Both the position numbers and the translations under genes were made by a program. Below are positions 1 to 12,228 of a stretch of DNA of 64,000 bases, piece after piece. The stretch lies in assembly GCF_009914755.1 (NCBI RefSeq), contig NC_060929.1, one strand, 5' to 3'. The stretch comes from the human T2T-CHM13v2.0 reference genome, Homo sapiens. How positions within the stretch are numbered: position 1 is the first letter of the stretch; each line of letters starts with the position of its first letter. The notes under the pieces were generated by a model. That model made no database searches, was not told where the DNA came from, and saw only the letters and a program-made list of their open reading frames with translations.

Positions 1-419
1 CTAATTTCTATAAAGTATCATTTCTGTCCACTGAGTATTTCAAGTTGCAGGGCTGGCACAGGGAGTTTGAGATGGGGTGCCTGATAGTGTGACGTGATAC
101 CAGGACTTTTTATCTTAACCCAGAAAAGCACCTTCCCATATATCACTGCACATGCCAACTAACTTACCCTTGGGATTTAGCATAGATCTGGCTTTTCAAT
201 TTGCCTTTGAGTAATGTCGTCAATTTGTTTCAATTGAAGCAAGTATTATATTACATGCTCAAATAGCAGGAGAATTTCTCTCCACGTCTGAAGTCCAATG
301 TGGAGGGGAGGTTAGCACTGACTAAACAATAAGAAAAAACAGTGGTGAGGACCCCTGTGTCAACTACTTGGAGATTCAAAAGCTGCAGATAAAAACCTAA
401 CTTTGGCCACGACCAAATC

Positions 420-560
420 CTTAAAGGATGGCCTCAGTTTCCCAAATGTGTTTAGTAAAACTAATAATACTAGTGCCCTCCCATGGCTGTTAAGAGCATT
501 AAAAGAGATCATACAAAGTGCTCAGCACTGAACTTGATGCAGAGAAAGTACTTAACAACC
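420..560 (-). mobile_element. MIR SINE fragment
   Basis: cctcagtttccc...taataatac...ggctgttaagagcattaaa...aaagtgctcagcac resembles the MIR core. Confidence 0.6.
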
Positions 561-2985
561 GCTATCGTAACAGTAAGGCCATGATCACCCAAAACACTGC
601 TCTAAATGCTACCATTTTATGGACACTGAGTTCTGTTAGCTCATGATTAAGAAACTGCAATGGAACCACATCTCAAAGTCAAAGAGTAAACAACCTATGG
701 AAATTTTCCAAGTTTAGTTTCTCAAAAATGGATCTCAGACCTAACCTACCTTCCCTATTTGCCCTCCCTACAGCTTCTAATGTTTTATCCCCACGTGGAA
801 TTTTGAATATGTGTTCCCCTCTCCTGTTCATTCTCATTTAAAATTTTAAAAGTTTCCCTGATTCTTCAGACTTGGCTGAGTCCCCCAGTTCTAAGCTCTC
901 TTAGGAGTCTGTATTTGTACCTTATAGCACTTAACCATCATTGCAGTTTAAATCATTCCGTGTGCCATTATTTGTCTAATATCGGCACATAAATACTTAC
1001 ACTCATGTGACAGTCTACGTCATAATGCTAACAACTGTCCCTGCCTTATCACCTCTGTAGCCCTATTGTCTGATATAATTGGCAGTCAGTCAATAAACAT
1101 GTGTTAGTGTTAAATAGATGAATGATTGAATGAATAAGCAAATGAACTAAAGAGGAATCACTGGTGTTATTAAGATGTTAAGGAACTAAACAGAGTAGCT
1201 GAAAAGTTAAGAATTCTTCCAAAAGTTATTAACAATTGCCACTACACCCACAATGGGCTTCTTAGGTTGACAACTGGTGGCTACGTGGAGTCCCATTTCC
1301 TGGGTCGACCTAGCCCCCATTTCAGCAGCAGGCACTCTATTCTCTTGGGGGTTAAAATTAGCACCAGTAAGCTCCCCCTTTAGTGGGCTCTAATCATGCA
1401 AGGACCCAGGTGGATCTTGCTGACAGATGTTAAGGTTAGAAGGAAGGGTAGCAGCCAGATGAGAAAACAGAGCCACCCCCTTCCGGAGGTACCAGGACTT
1501 CCTGCCTTTAGACCCGGTGGTTCCTGCCTGCCTGCCCCTCCCCCATGCATCAGTTTCAACACAGTTGCTGCTCTTTCTGTCATCTGAACTCAAATTCTAT
1601 CTCAGAAATTGATGGGCGATCCTGCCCTTGACAACACAATGTCAGCCTTGCTCAGTGTCCAGCTGGTTCCGTATGTATTATCATAATGCGCTGCCTGGGT
1701 GGACCCTGGCTGATTTTCTCTCCTGATGCAAGTCCTCTTTCCAAACTAATTTCTGCTCTCTGACATGCAGACCCTACTTGTTTAAAAATAAAAAAACAGC
1801 AGCTTGGGAGTTTTATTTTTTAAAATCCTGTTAGGATATTTAAGTCTATTCTAACAGTAAACTGAGCCTAAAGGACTTTCTTTTAAAAATGATTTGACTC
1901 AAAAAAAGAATGTTTCCCAGGGTCCTACACTGTTTCCTGGTGACTTGAAAGAATTATTACTTCCCCCAACCCTTACAGCCCTCTCTAACAGCATTTCCCA
2001 AACTTCAGTCCTGATTTTCCTCTATCCCTGTACCACTTACACTATTATTTACTTAATAGTATTTAGCTGCTATGTTTGTTTAGATCAACTTTTTCTTTAA
2101 CTTTAGTCTTGCCCTAAGCAATAATAGCTGTGAGATCATGATTTTGAAGTTGGAGTTATTGTTTTGTTTACGCATTAACATAAACACACAACCATTAAAA
2201 ATGTTTAAATGTTTATCCTCCATTTTCTAAAATTATCTCACCTACTGCATGGGAAATAGTGGTCTGAAAGCTCACTGCAAACTATCAAGCCGCTTGTACA
2301 CAACACCTTCCCAGCTGAAGAAATCCAGGGAGAAGAATGCAGGGTGAGAGCTACCTAAGGCACAATGGCTATGTATGCCACATTTCTATGGCTTTTCCAG
2401 GCCTCCTAGAACCAACTGTTAACCTCCTGCAGAGATGGCCAAGGTGGAGGGAAATTGGATCCTTTCACCTGGGCATTTTGGTAGCCACTTTTCCAAGGCT
2501 GCAGGTGTGTAGCCCCTCAAGACATAAAAGAACCTCTCACAGAATTAGCTGGGTTCAAAAAACAAATCATCAGAGCTTGAAGGGCTCTTCCAAGACCCAC
2601 CTTAATTGATGAGGAAACAGAGGCCCAGAGAAATCAAAGTACATACTCAAAGTCATGTAGTAAGGTAGTGGCAGAGCTTGGTTTTAATTTATTTCTGCAC
2701 ATATAACTGAAAATGGTCAAACAAAAATATTTCAAAATCAACCCCTGGCCACTGCTTCTAAATATCTCATCTTAAGAAGGGTTTATGAACAGCACATCAA
2801 AGCTTCCACTTGCCCATAAACATCATTTGAAGCCTCTGAAATTCTCAAGTGAGGGGAGCTCCTGTGACAGATAAGTATAGAGACAGCTTGGTTTGAAACA
2901 ATCAATTAGGCAAATCAATGCAATTGGAATTATGATGCTTTTGTAACCAAATATAAGACAAAAAAAATTAGGCTTAAAAAAGTTC

Positions 2986-3275
2986 TGACCAGGCTGGCTC
3001 ATACCTGTAATGCCAGCACTTTGGGAGACCAAGGGGATGTAATTGCTTAAGCCCGGGCATTGAAGACCAGCCTGAGCAACATAGGAACCCTGTCTCTACA
3101 AAATCAAAATAATTAGCCTGATGTGATGGAGTGCACCTGTAGTCCCAGCTACTTGGGAAGCTGAGGTGAGAGGATAGCTTGAGTGCAGGAGTTTGAGGCT
3201 AAAGTGAGCTATGATTGCACCACTGCACTTCATAGCCTGGGCAACAGAGCAAGGCCCTGTCTCATAAAAAAAAAA
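2986..3275 (+). mobile_element. Old Alu (AluJ-like)
   Basis: ctcatacctgtaatgccagcactttgggag, A-rich linker, right arm and A tail; heavily CpG-decayed. Confidence 0.92.
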
Positions 3276-4009
3276 GTTTTTACATAAAGTCCTGTCATTT
3301 CTGGCCAAAATATAAGTAGAAAGCAACAATCTTTCCTCCCCAAATCTCCCCTACAACACACAACACACCACACTTTGTGCTTATTAAAATTAGTAAGGTG
3401 TGACTCACTCATTTATTAGCTCAACCAACCAAATACTGGAAATTTCCCACAGTTTACAGGTTTGTCAAGAAATTCATATAAGAAACTAGCCTCCCTATAT
3501 CCAAATCGGTTTCCCATGTTATTTCTAGCATGAGGTTTACAAACTCTTCAGTATCCTAACGGTTGTTTAACTCATCATCTCATCATTTTCTCATGGACTC
3601 CTTCCTCCACACCTTGTACACGTGCCAGAGAGCCCATATGGTCAACAAATGATTTCTAGGGAGATGAGTTAGGACATTCTTGCAAATAAATAAAATATTA
3701 CCAGCATCCTTATTATCTTGCCAGCCCCACAGAAAATATACTAGTCATCGAATAAAATCAGCATTTTTTAAAATTCAACTAGCAGAATGTGTCCCAGCCA
3801 TGGGAAAAATTTCCTTCAGGTTTCTGAAGGAAAATCAACTATAAAGTAAATATACATGATGTGCCCCATTTTTTAAAAAGATATGCTCTGGGCTAACTTT
3901 TGAAAAGTCTGTTGAAGATACCAGCACAATTGCCTTGCTTGTGTTAAGAAAAAAATAAGAACAATAGGATAGGAGATGGAAGGAATTTCTCATACTGTAA
4001 TGTAACAGA

Positions 4010-4440
4010 GCAGTAGATTAGAGTGCAGACTTCAGCATCAAGCTTCCTGGATTTGAACCCTGGGTCTACTACTTAATTGCTGTGTGACTTTAGGCTAGTT
4101 ATTGACCCTCTCTTTAGCCTTGGTTTTCTCCTCTTTACAACAGGGTACCTATAGCACTCTGTGCCTGTCATAGTAGGGCTCAGGGAATGTTTATTGTTAT
4201 TATTCTTAGCACTGTTATTAGGCAGACCTAAGGTCAAATTCCAGGTCCAATTCTAATTAGTTCTGCAGCTTTGAGTAAGTTATTGATTCTTTCTAAACCT
4301 CAGTTTTCTCATCTGTAAAATGGTGATAATAATTATTATATATCATGAGATTTGTTGGAAGACTTGATGAGATGATAAGTAAAATAGTTAGCATGGTGCT
4401 GGCATATATAGTAAATGATCCATAAATGCTAATAGTTTAA
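4010..4440 (-). mobile_element. Two tandem MIR fragments
   Basis: gctgtgtgactttaggctagttatt and cctcagttttctcatctgtaaaatgg MIR cores. Confidence 0.75.
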
Positions 4441-6188
4441 AAAAACAACAATAGTGGTAGTAAATAATAATAGAGTAATAAATATTATTACCTGGCCTGG
4501 TTACTGTCAAGTATGGCAAAAAAGTCTGAGCACTATTTCTCATTTGTTATCAGTGCTATTGGTGGTGCCATGGTCAAATGAGCAGAACATAGATCACCTG
4601 CTCATGAACCCTTCAGTCTGTCTGATGCTGAGATCCTGCTGGCTACCATATCCCCAGTGTTAGGATTTCCGGTGTTACCTGCTTTATGAATTACTCAGGG
4701 AATACACTGGAAATCAGTCTTCACTCACATCGTTGTGCATTATCTTGACCACTTACCACATCCTTTCTATTTCAAGGAAAGACAAAAGGCATCTTCTCAA
4801 CTGCACAAAGTAAAAGCCCTGATTTGATACCTGAAAATCTGGGGTCTCAGTGCTCTATTTTATGACACAGCTGGATATTCTTAGCCCTAATGTTTTGCTC
4901 TTACACCTGTCTTCTTTTCTCAAATAGGGAAATCAATTGGTAAATTGTAACATGCCACCCTCAGTCACAAAAGATGACACCAATATTTTTCTACTTAGCC
5001 TGGGCCCTTCACCAAGATGATCTTGCCTTAGTGGGCTTGGCTGGGATTCTGCATCAAAACTAGCCACAGAAGGGCTGTTGGCTATGTGGGAAGCTATGCA
5101 TCATCCATCATCTGCCCTTGAATGTACATTTCTGTCAGGAAGCTGGATTTATTTTACAGACATTCTTCTCAGCATCCTGGGAATCCCAGAAAGACTGGAG
5201 GCAAGGCTAGGCCAATATGAAATGGATAGGCATTGGGGTGGACCCCAAATCCTCTGGCATGTTTATCCAGTGACCAGGAAACTATGCAAACCCTGAAATG
5301 CACATGGACAAGTACAAAGAGTGCTGAATGGATTTTGAGAGAAACAAGCTATGTTTAAGCTTGAGCAGATTATATCCCCTCTCTGGGTCTCTGTAAAATG
5401 AGGAAGAGTGAAAGAAATGACCTTCCATCCTTCACTGACTTCACTCAGTGTGAGCTGTGGCTCAGGCATTGCCCCTGGTGGGAGGGGAGAGAGAAATTTG
5501 GGAGGGTATATTTTTCTCTGTTGTTTTAGTTTATTTTCACTCACTAAGTTTTGGTGGGGTAATATACATTTTAATGGGTCAAATAATGCAGCAGTCCTCT
5601 ACTCTAAAGACCATGAAAAGGTGAGGGTCTCCACAAATTTAAAAAGATGCCAAAAGGTACACTCTTTCTAAGCCACTTACGAAAAACTAAATCAATAATA
5701 CGAAGCCATCTGAAAAAAAAAGAGGAGAAAGGACTCTTAAAATGTTTGACTTTCTATGAAGAACACATGCCCTATTGATACAATAAGGAGTAATTAGGGG
5801 GACAGCTCCAAAGCACAGCCAACTCCCTGGTGAGTTTCCAAAGTCCAGCAGCGAAGAGCAAAGTTATAAGTAGGTCTGAGCAAACTTGCCCTGGGCTTTC
5901 ACCGGATCTGAGGAGCCCATGTAATTGAAACTGAGTTCATCAAAGCCCTGCTTGACCTCCTCCCCACTTCGCAATTGCCACCAAGACCATGGCTTGACCA
6001 GCCCACTTTGGCCTGCATGATGTAGCCCTCACAGCCACCCTAGTCTCATCTCCTGCCACTCCTCCCTTGCCTGGGCGCAACAGGAGCCCTCTCAGTCTCC
6101 TTTTGTTCCTGGAATTCACCTAAGCAAAACAACCCTTGCACACAGTTTCCTATACCTGGCAATTTTTTTTTTTGTCCCCTTTGCCTAG

Positions 6189-6550
6189 TGCTATGGTTTG
6201 AATAGATGAATGGTTCAATGTCCCTACTAAAATTCATGTTGAAATGTAATTGCAGTTTCAACAGTATTACGAGGTAGGACCTTTAAGAAGTGATTAGGTC
6301 ATGGGGGCTCTACCTTCCTGAACAAACTAATTCCATTATTGTGGGAGTGGGTTAGTTATAAAAGTGAGCTCTCTTCACCCACACTTGCTTGCCTTTTCAC
6401 CTTTCCACAATAGGATGATGCAGCCTGGAAGCCCTCACCAGTGCTGGCATCATGCCCTTGGACTTCCCAGCCTCCAGAACCGTAAGACATAAACTCCTTT
6501 TCCTCAAAAATTACCCAGTCTGTTAAAGCAACAGAAAACAGACTAAGACA
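6189..6550 (+). mobile_element. Solo MaLR LTR (MST-like)
   Basis: Starts TGctatggtttgaat and ends cagactaagaCA; internal ggacttcccagcctccagaac; perfect 5-bp target-site duplication (TSD) CCTAG at 6184-6188 and 6551-6555. Confidence 0.9.
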
Positions 6551-9500
6551 CCTAGTAAAAACCTACTCATCTCTTCGGTTTTGGCATAAATGAGATTTCC
6601 TGAAACAAGGCTTCCCTGACACTTCATTACTCTCCTCTGCTTTTGTGGTCCCCCTTTGATGCACCACTCTAATTTTGCTTAGTACCTCTCCTCTCTATTC
6701 ACATCATATATTCTGTGAAGACAAGGACTGAGTCTGCATTATCCTACTGCACCTAGCTTAATGTCTGGCATGTAGTGCCTGCTTAGTATGAATGAGCGAT
6801 TTCAAGTCCACCTTATTGACACCTTATCCCTTGGCTGGAGATCCAGAGGAAGGGTTCTATTAGAAAATGCCAGTGGATTTCTCTGTTCCCAGGAAGCTCT
6901 ATTTCTCCAAAGTCACCTCCTGCAGAAAGTCATGTGCCAATAGCTTTAGTTCAGAGCACCATAAAATAGTACATGCTAAAAGGAAGCCTAGAGAGGACCC
7001 CACCTGGCTCTCACTGGACATACAAAACTGAGGCCCACAGAAGCAAAGTGACCTTCCCAGGGCCACTTCAGCCAGAGAGCCTGATCCTCCTTCTATCCTC
7101 TTGTTAGGACCATATTATACAGAAGGGAAAAGAGACAGGCTCAATTTGAGGTAGTCTCTCCAAGCTCAAACCATCTTTCTCCACATTTCCGTAAAAACAT
7201 GAAAACAAACAAACAAAAAAACCAAACAAATGAAAAACACATTTAAATGCAGCTGGTCACAGGAAGTCAATGGTGCTGGACACCCAGGGGCAACTGACAG
7301 AAGCAAAAACTGCCTCTGTCTGGATCAAAAGGATTATAGAAGGTCATATGCTAAAGATCAAGAACACCACCATATTGTCAGGGACAGTTGTAATGTGACA
7401 CTGCAACCAAAAGGTCAGAATTCACTGGTGGTGGTGAACACCTGACTCTATTTCTCCAAAGCTATAATTACAGCCAGGAGATGGGCCCAGTGAGTCTATC
7501 ATCAGTATTTATTCTTCAAAATACTTTGAGTGTGACCAAACTCCCCTATTGTTTTTATTTATCTTGAAATCTTGGCACATTTATGTTTTATGTTGCAGTC
7601 TTTATTATAACTTTGAAGGGAAATTTAATTGATTTGTATCTGATGCCCACAAAAGCTAAATTTCAATCATTTTCCATTTTTAAAAACTGAGTATGTTTTA
7701 AAGAATCTATCTTCAATCTAAAAAAATAAGTAGGACCCCAGGTCAGAGCTCATGAACACTAACATGTTTATATTCTAAAAACTCTTGACTAATAGTTCCA
7801 TTGTTTTTTTTTCCAAATAAATATGAAGGATGCACATATTCAAAACAATAACAAAAAAAAAAAAAACTAGATCTAAAGAATACCCTACTGGGGACTTAAT
7901 CCCACTCCTGGAAATGGCTCCTACTGGTGGGTGAGCTCTAGAACGTGCTCACATTTCTCTAGTCACCATGGAGGAGGCAAGTCCTCCAAAAGCCCAAAAA
8001 GGGGAGAAGGGAAAGAAAAAGAAGAGAGGAAAGGAGAAAAACACATGCACACCAAAATAAAAAAATACATATATCCCCTTTAAAAAAATGAGCATTTAAA
8101 CTGCTTGTCAGATGGTTTCCTGACAAAGCCACTAGAGTGTATTCACAGGCATTTGCATAAATGCTGCCTGTGAGTTCACCATAGCTGCAAGCGCTAATGG
8201 TACATAAAGTAATTTAGTCACTTCTCCCGGCATTCTATGTCAGAATGATGAGCACGGGCACTTTGCCTTGTTGCATATTAGATCATTAGATAATAAAGTG
8301 TTAGCGCATGCAAGCTGACAGGGGCTCTGCACCACAGTGTTGTGAGGGCACCGCATTTTGCCACAGGGGGAAGAAACAGAGAAACTGATGCCACAGTTGG
8401 CCTTGAATTCAAGTAAACACAACCTGGAACTCAGGGGAACAACAATGCCAATAGCAACACTCCTCAGGCCCCTCAATGACTCCCCAGAACACAGTCTTCA
8501 TGAACTTGCCCAAATGACTGGAAGACAAGGCAAGTACACAGGGTAGCGCTGAACATAGCCTTGTGGCAGCCACTCAGCTCCTTTCATCCCGAGCTCATGC
8601 TTTTTCAAAAATTGGAACTGAGAGAGCAGTTACATTTTGAGGCTGCCTGTCTCCACGACTGTACATCTTCCATAAAGCTATTGCTTAAAGAAGAAACCTC
8701 ACTAGGCTAAATGGTCCCATAAATATCCAGCCAAAGAAAATCTTGGTATTTATGAATGAAGAGAAAGTACGGGGGAAGACCATTTTCCACGATCTATAGC
8801 ATGCCAGGATTCACTATCTTTGGACCATGCAAGAGTCTATGAAATAAATTTGCCTTTGTCAACTCTCATACTTGAATTACAGGGTCATTTATCAGAGCAC
8901 AGGGGTTTGCGAGTCCATGGGTCACATAAGAAAGCCCATGCATGAATGTAAAGCACGATCTCTGTCTCTACTTATACACAGAAAGGTGAGCCACAAAAGG
9001 AAACTTCCTCCAACAGTCTGACAAGCAGGATATAAATAGAGATTTGCAGAATAGCCCAAAATAATTCAGGCTACCTGTAAATTAGATGGTAAAAAGTCCA
9101 GAATGGGGGAGAACGTAGGTTCCCACAGGTCACAAGAGGAGAACATGCTTTGCCGTCTCACCATGCGGTAGCTGTTTGAAGGCGGTGGGGGGTGGGAGCG
9201 GAGACACAGAGGGATGAGGGTGTATGATTCTCAAAGTCTTTTAAACAGAGCATTTTGAAATAGGACTTTTCAACAGCAAAATAAAGTATTACCCTCACAT
9301 CAACATGAATTAGCATCTAGGTCCACTCCCACACATTACCAATGAAAGAGTTCAATAGTCATCCTTTGCTGAGTAGATATTTATGTGTCAGCCTGAAGTG
9401 TCTAAATGAGTGGGTGGTTTTGTGTGGTTGGTTGACTCACTCTGCAGAGAAGCAGATTTCTATGCTATTGTCATTACTAAGAATTTGAACATGTCTACCC

Positions 9501-9789
9501 TTTCTTTCCACTGGAGAGAAGTGAAATAAGGCTTCGGTGAAGGCAAAGCCCCTTGCTGAAGGAAATAGGACATACCTATGTCCCCAAGGATGGCCAACCA
9601 CTTACACAGTGAAATGTCACCATTTTTTGAAAAATATAGTAATATGGCCATCTGTGGACTCATAAACTGAAGCAGGTGAATAAAATGCTGACTTTAAAAC
9701 TTAGAATAATATGACACCCCAACTGAAATATTAACACTCTTAGAAGAGGGAATATCTGAGCTGGGAGGAAGCTTAGAGCTGTGTTGATC

Positions 9790-10050
9790 CAGAGGTCTCA
9801 AACTGTTGACCTGTGGCTGCATTCTTCCTAAGTGGCTTTTTTCCCCCTCTCCTCCCTTCAGTGTCCAAAAATTTTGTAATTAGTTACCAACAATTAAAAA
9901 TTCACTGTTGCCAAACTGGAACATCTGGCCCCACTTGGGCTCTCATTCCCCTTAGCAACAACTGGCTGGGGCCGAGGGGCACCAGAGCGTGTACTTGCCT
10001 GTCTTCTCAGCCTCCACCCAGCCCACTTCCCTATCTACATTACCTGCCCC
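9790..10050 (+). mobile_element. hAT-Charlie DNA transposon remnant (MER102-like)
   Basis: cagaggtctcaaactg terminus and atctggccccacttgggc...agcaacaactggctgg similarity to recalled consensus. Confidence 0.55.
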
Positions 10051-11169
10051 CACCCAAAGCACAGATTTTTTTTTAAACTCTCCTACAGATCATCACCTTC
10101 ATTTTAACAAGGAGGAAATCAAGGATCCCAAAAGCTAAAGCGATTTGTCCAAGGTCAAATAGAGGCCAGAGTGAAACTAAATTGAATTTGGGGTTCCTGG
10201 TACCTATTTCAAGACCTAGTCCTTTATCATGCTGCAAAATAACGTTACTGATCCTCATTGCCTAGAGGGATCCTTTAGAGAAGGCTATATTCTATGTTTG
10301 CTTTTGGTTTTTGTTGGAGGGATAATTTGCCTGGTGTCAGGAGCTTTCTCACTGGCTTCCCAAGAGCAGAAATAGGAGCTGGGTGTGGCCTGAGCATATT
10401 TTGAAAGTGTGAACCCAGATTTCAAACTGACAGTCAAGTCTGTCACCAGACTGGGCAGTACCTATTGCAACTAACCACCCACAGTCAAAAACATAACTTC
10501 AATCCTTAAGCAGCACTCTCCAAATCATGCCCACTGAGTATTTCCCTAATTTTTTCTTCCTCCTTTCACCTAAACACCTCTAGTCACACAATGCCTTAAG
10601 TGACTCCAAGGGTATTATAAAGACAACATTACTGTAAAGTGAGGATCAGAATAATTTTAAGTACAGAAATGGAACTAGGAATGTAATCATGAGCAGGTGT
10701 TTGAAATGGCCTCCTGCAAAATGTAATATCCATCCATCTCAGCACTAATGAAACCATAAAGAAGCAGCTTTTGAAAGATGATGGTTTACTTTAAAAAGAC
10801 TGTAAAACTGGATGTGGTGAAGAATCCCTTCTAAGAGCATTACATCTGGCTAATTAATAAAAAGTACAGTTCGTGTGTTCCATAAGCACAGGGGAAAAAG
10901 CCAGGCAAAAATGATGAGAGTGGCGTGTTTATTAAATTGGGATGCTGGCAGAGAAGGGAGTTTTCTACCTTGTAAATTATGGGCAACTCCTGGCCCATGG
11001 AAAAAAGCAGGCAATCAGGTGATCATTTGTGTGGTAGTGTTCTGAAAAGAATCTTGCTGACCCTAGCAAACTGGAAAGGGAAGTGAGGGAAATGGGTTGA
11101 GAGTTTGAGGCAATTGAAGAAAGTCTAATATGGTGACTGGTATCCAGCAGAGCCTCAGTCACTCATTCT

Positions 11170-11204
<35 letters not shown>

Positions 11205-11266
11205 ATGGATGGATGGATGGATGGATAGATGGATAGATGGATAGATAGATGAACGGATGGATGGAT
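11170..11266. repeat. (GGAT)n/(AGAT)n tetranucleotide microsatellite
   Basis: Direct reading of about 24 tetramer units with variants. Confidence 0.97.
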
Positions 11267-12086
11267 GAGTGGAGAGGAGGAAGAGTGGATATATTACACA
11301 CACACATGCAGCACTGAAAAATTCAGGCGTGCCCCTAACCCAACCCATGGTTCTTCTGAGTGGCATTCACTTTCCTTGATTCAAATTTTTATCTGGTTTC
11401 CTTCAGTCCTCTCAAAGGCACCACTGATTAGCCATAATTCTCAAGACAAATGGGATTTCTCCCTACCAAAGTCTACTTACAGACAGCAAGTTCTATCACA
11501 TGGTGAAGAGGTAAGAGTTAGGTACAGGGCACAGGAGGGACATTTGGTCTGGGCTTCATATTCAGAAAGCACCTCCAACCTCGACATTGAACCTGATCTC
11601 CAAATGAAGTTCAACAGGTGGTCACAGAGATACACCAGGAGGGTGGTAAAGAGGATGGGTTCATTATAAAACCTCAATGGTCAATTATAAACATGTCAAA
11701 TATATCACAATTTTAGTGATACCAAATTGTGTGGCCTTTCCTTATTTTTCCCTTGGATTGGCCTTTCCTTATTTTGTAATCCAGTGGGAGCTTAGAATAA
11801 AGCAATGGTCCAGGCCTCCTTCTTTCTCTCAACCTGAAAGGAGGCAATATCAGCCATTTCCAGAGTAGAGAGTGGTCCCACAAGAAAGGTGGGCCTCAGA
11901 GATATTTTCCTGTCTTTAAATATTTGCCACCATATGTTGAAGAGAAAAAACCCTAGAGGACCAATCTTATTCAAAAAGACTTTTGAAATTTGAAACAGAA
12001 TAGAACATGTGGTGGAGTGGAAGAAAGAAACCAAATATATTCACAGTTAAAGTAGCAATGCCAACCAATGAAAATGATTCGCCTAC

Positions 12087-12228
12087 CATGTTCCAGATAA
12101 GAGGGCGTACCTTCCGAGGGGTCAAGCCTCCGAGCCCTCCGCCCATGCTTGGAATTATTATGGACAAACATGTTATCAGAGACTGCCAGGACATGGCCAT
12201 CCACATTGACTGTCGTAGACACCACGAC
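12087..12228 (-). CDS. EBF1: EBF1 internal coding exon (142 nt, probably exon 8), end of DBD, basic RRARR stretch and linker: [47 protein letters not shown]
   Basis: Minus strand reads tttctttcttatgtctccAG|GTC GTG GTG...GAA CAT G|GTaggc. GTPSYLEH is the EBF1-type linker insert (EBF3 has GTAPSYLEN, from recall). An alternative donor G|GTacgc after 12111 gives a 118-nt exon. Confidence 0.97.

Noticed and set aside
11971-12086. Read-through of the 142-nt exon ORF into the intron ([10 protein letters not shown]...)
   Set aside because: Similarity to COE proteins ends at the GT donor; no evidence for a retained-intron or terminal-exon isoform.
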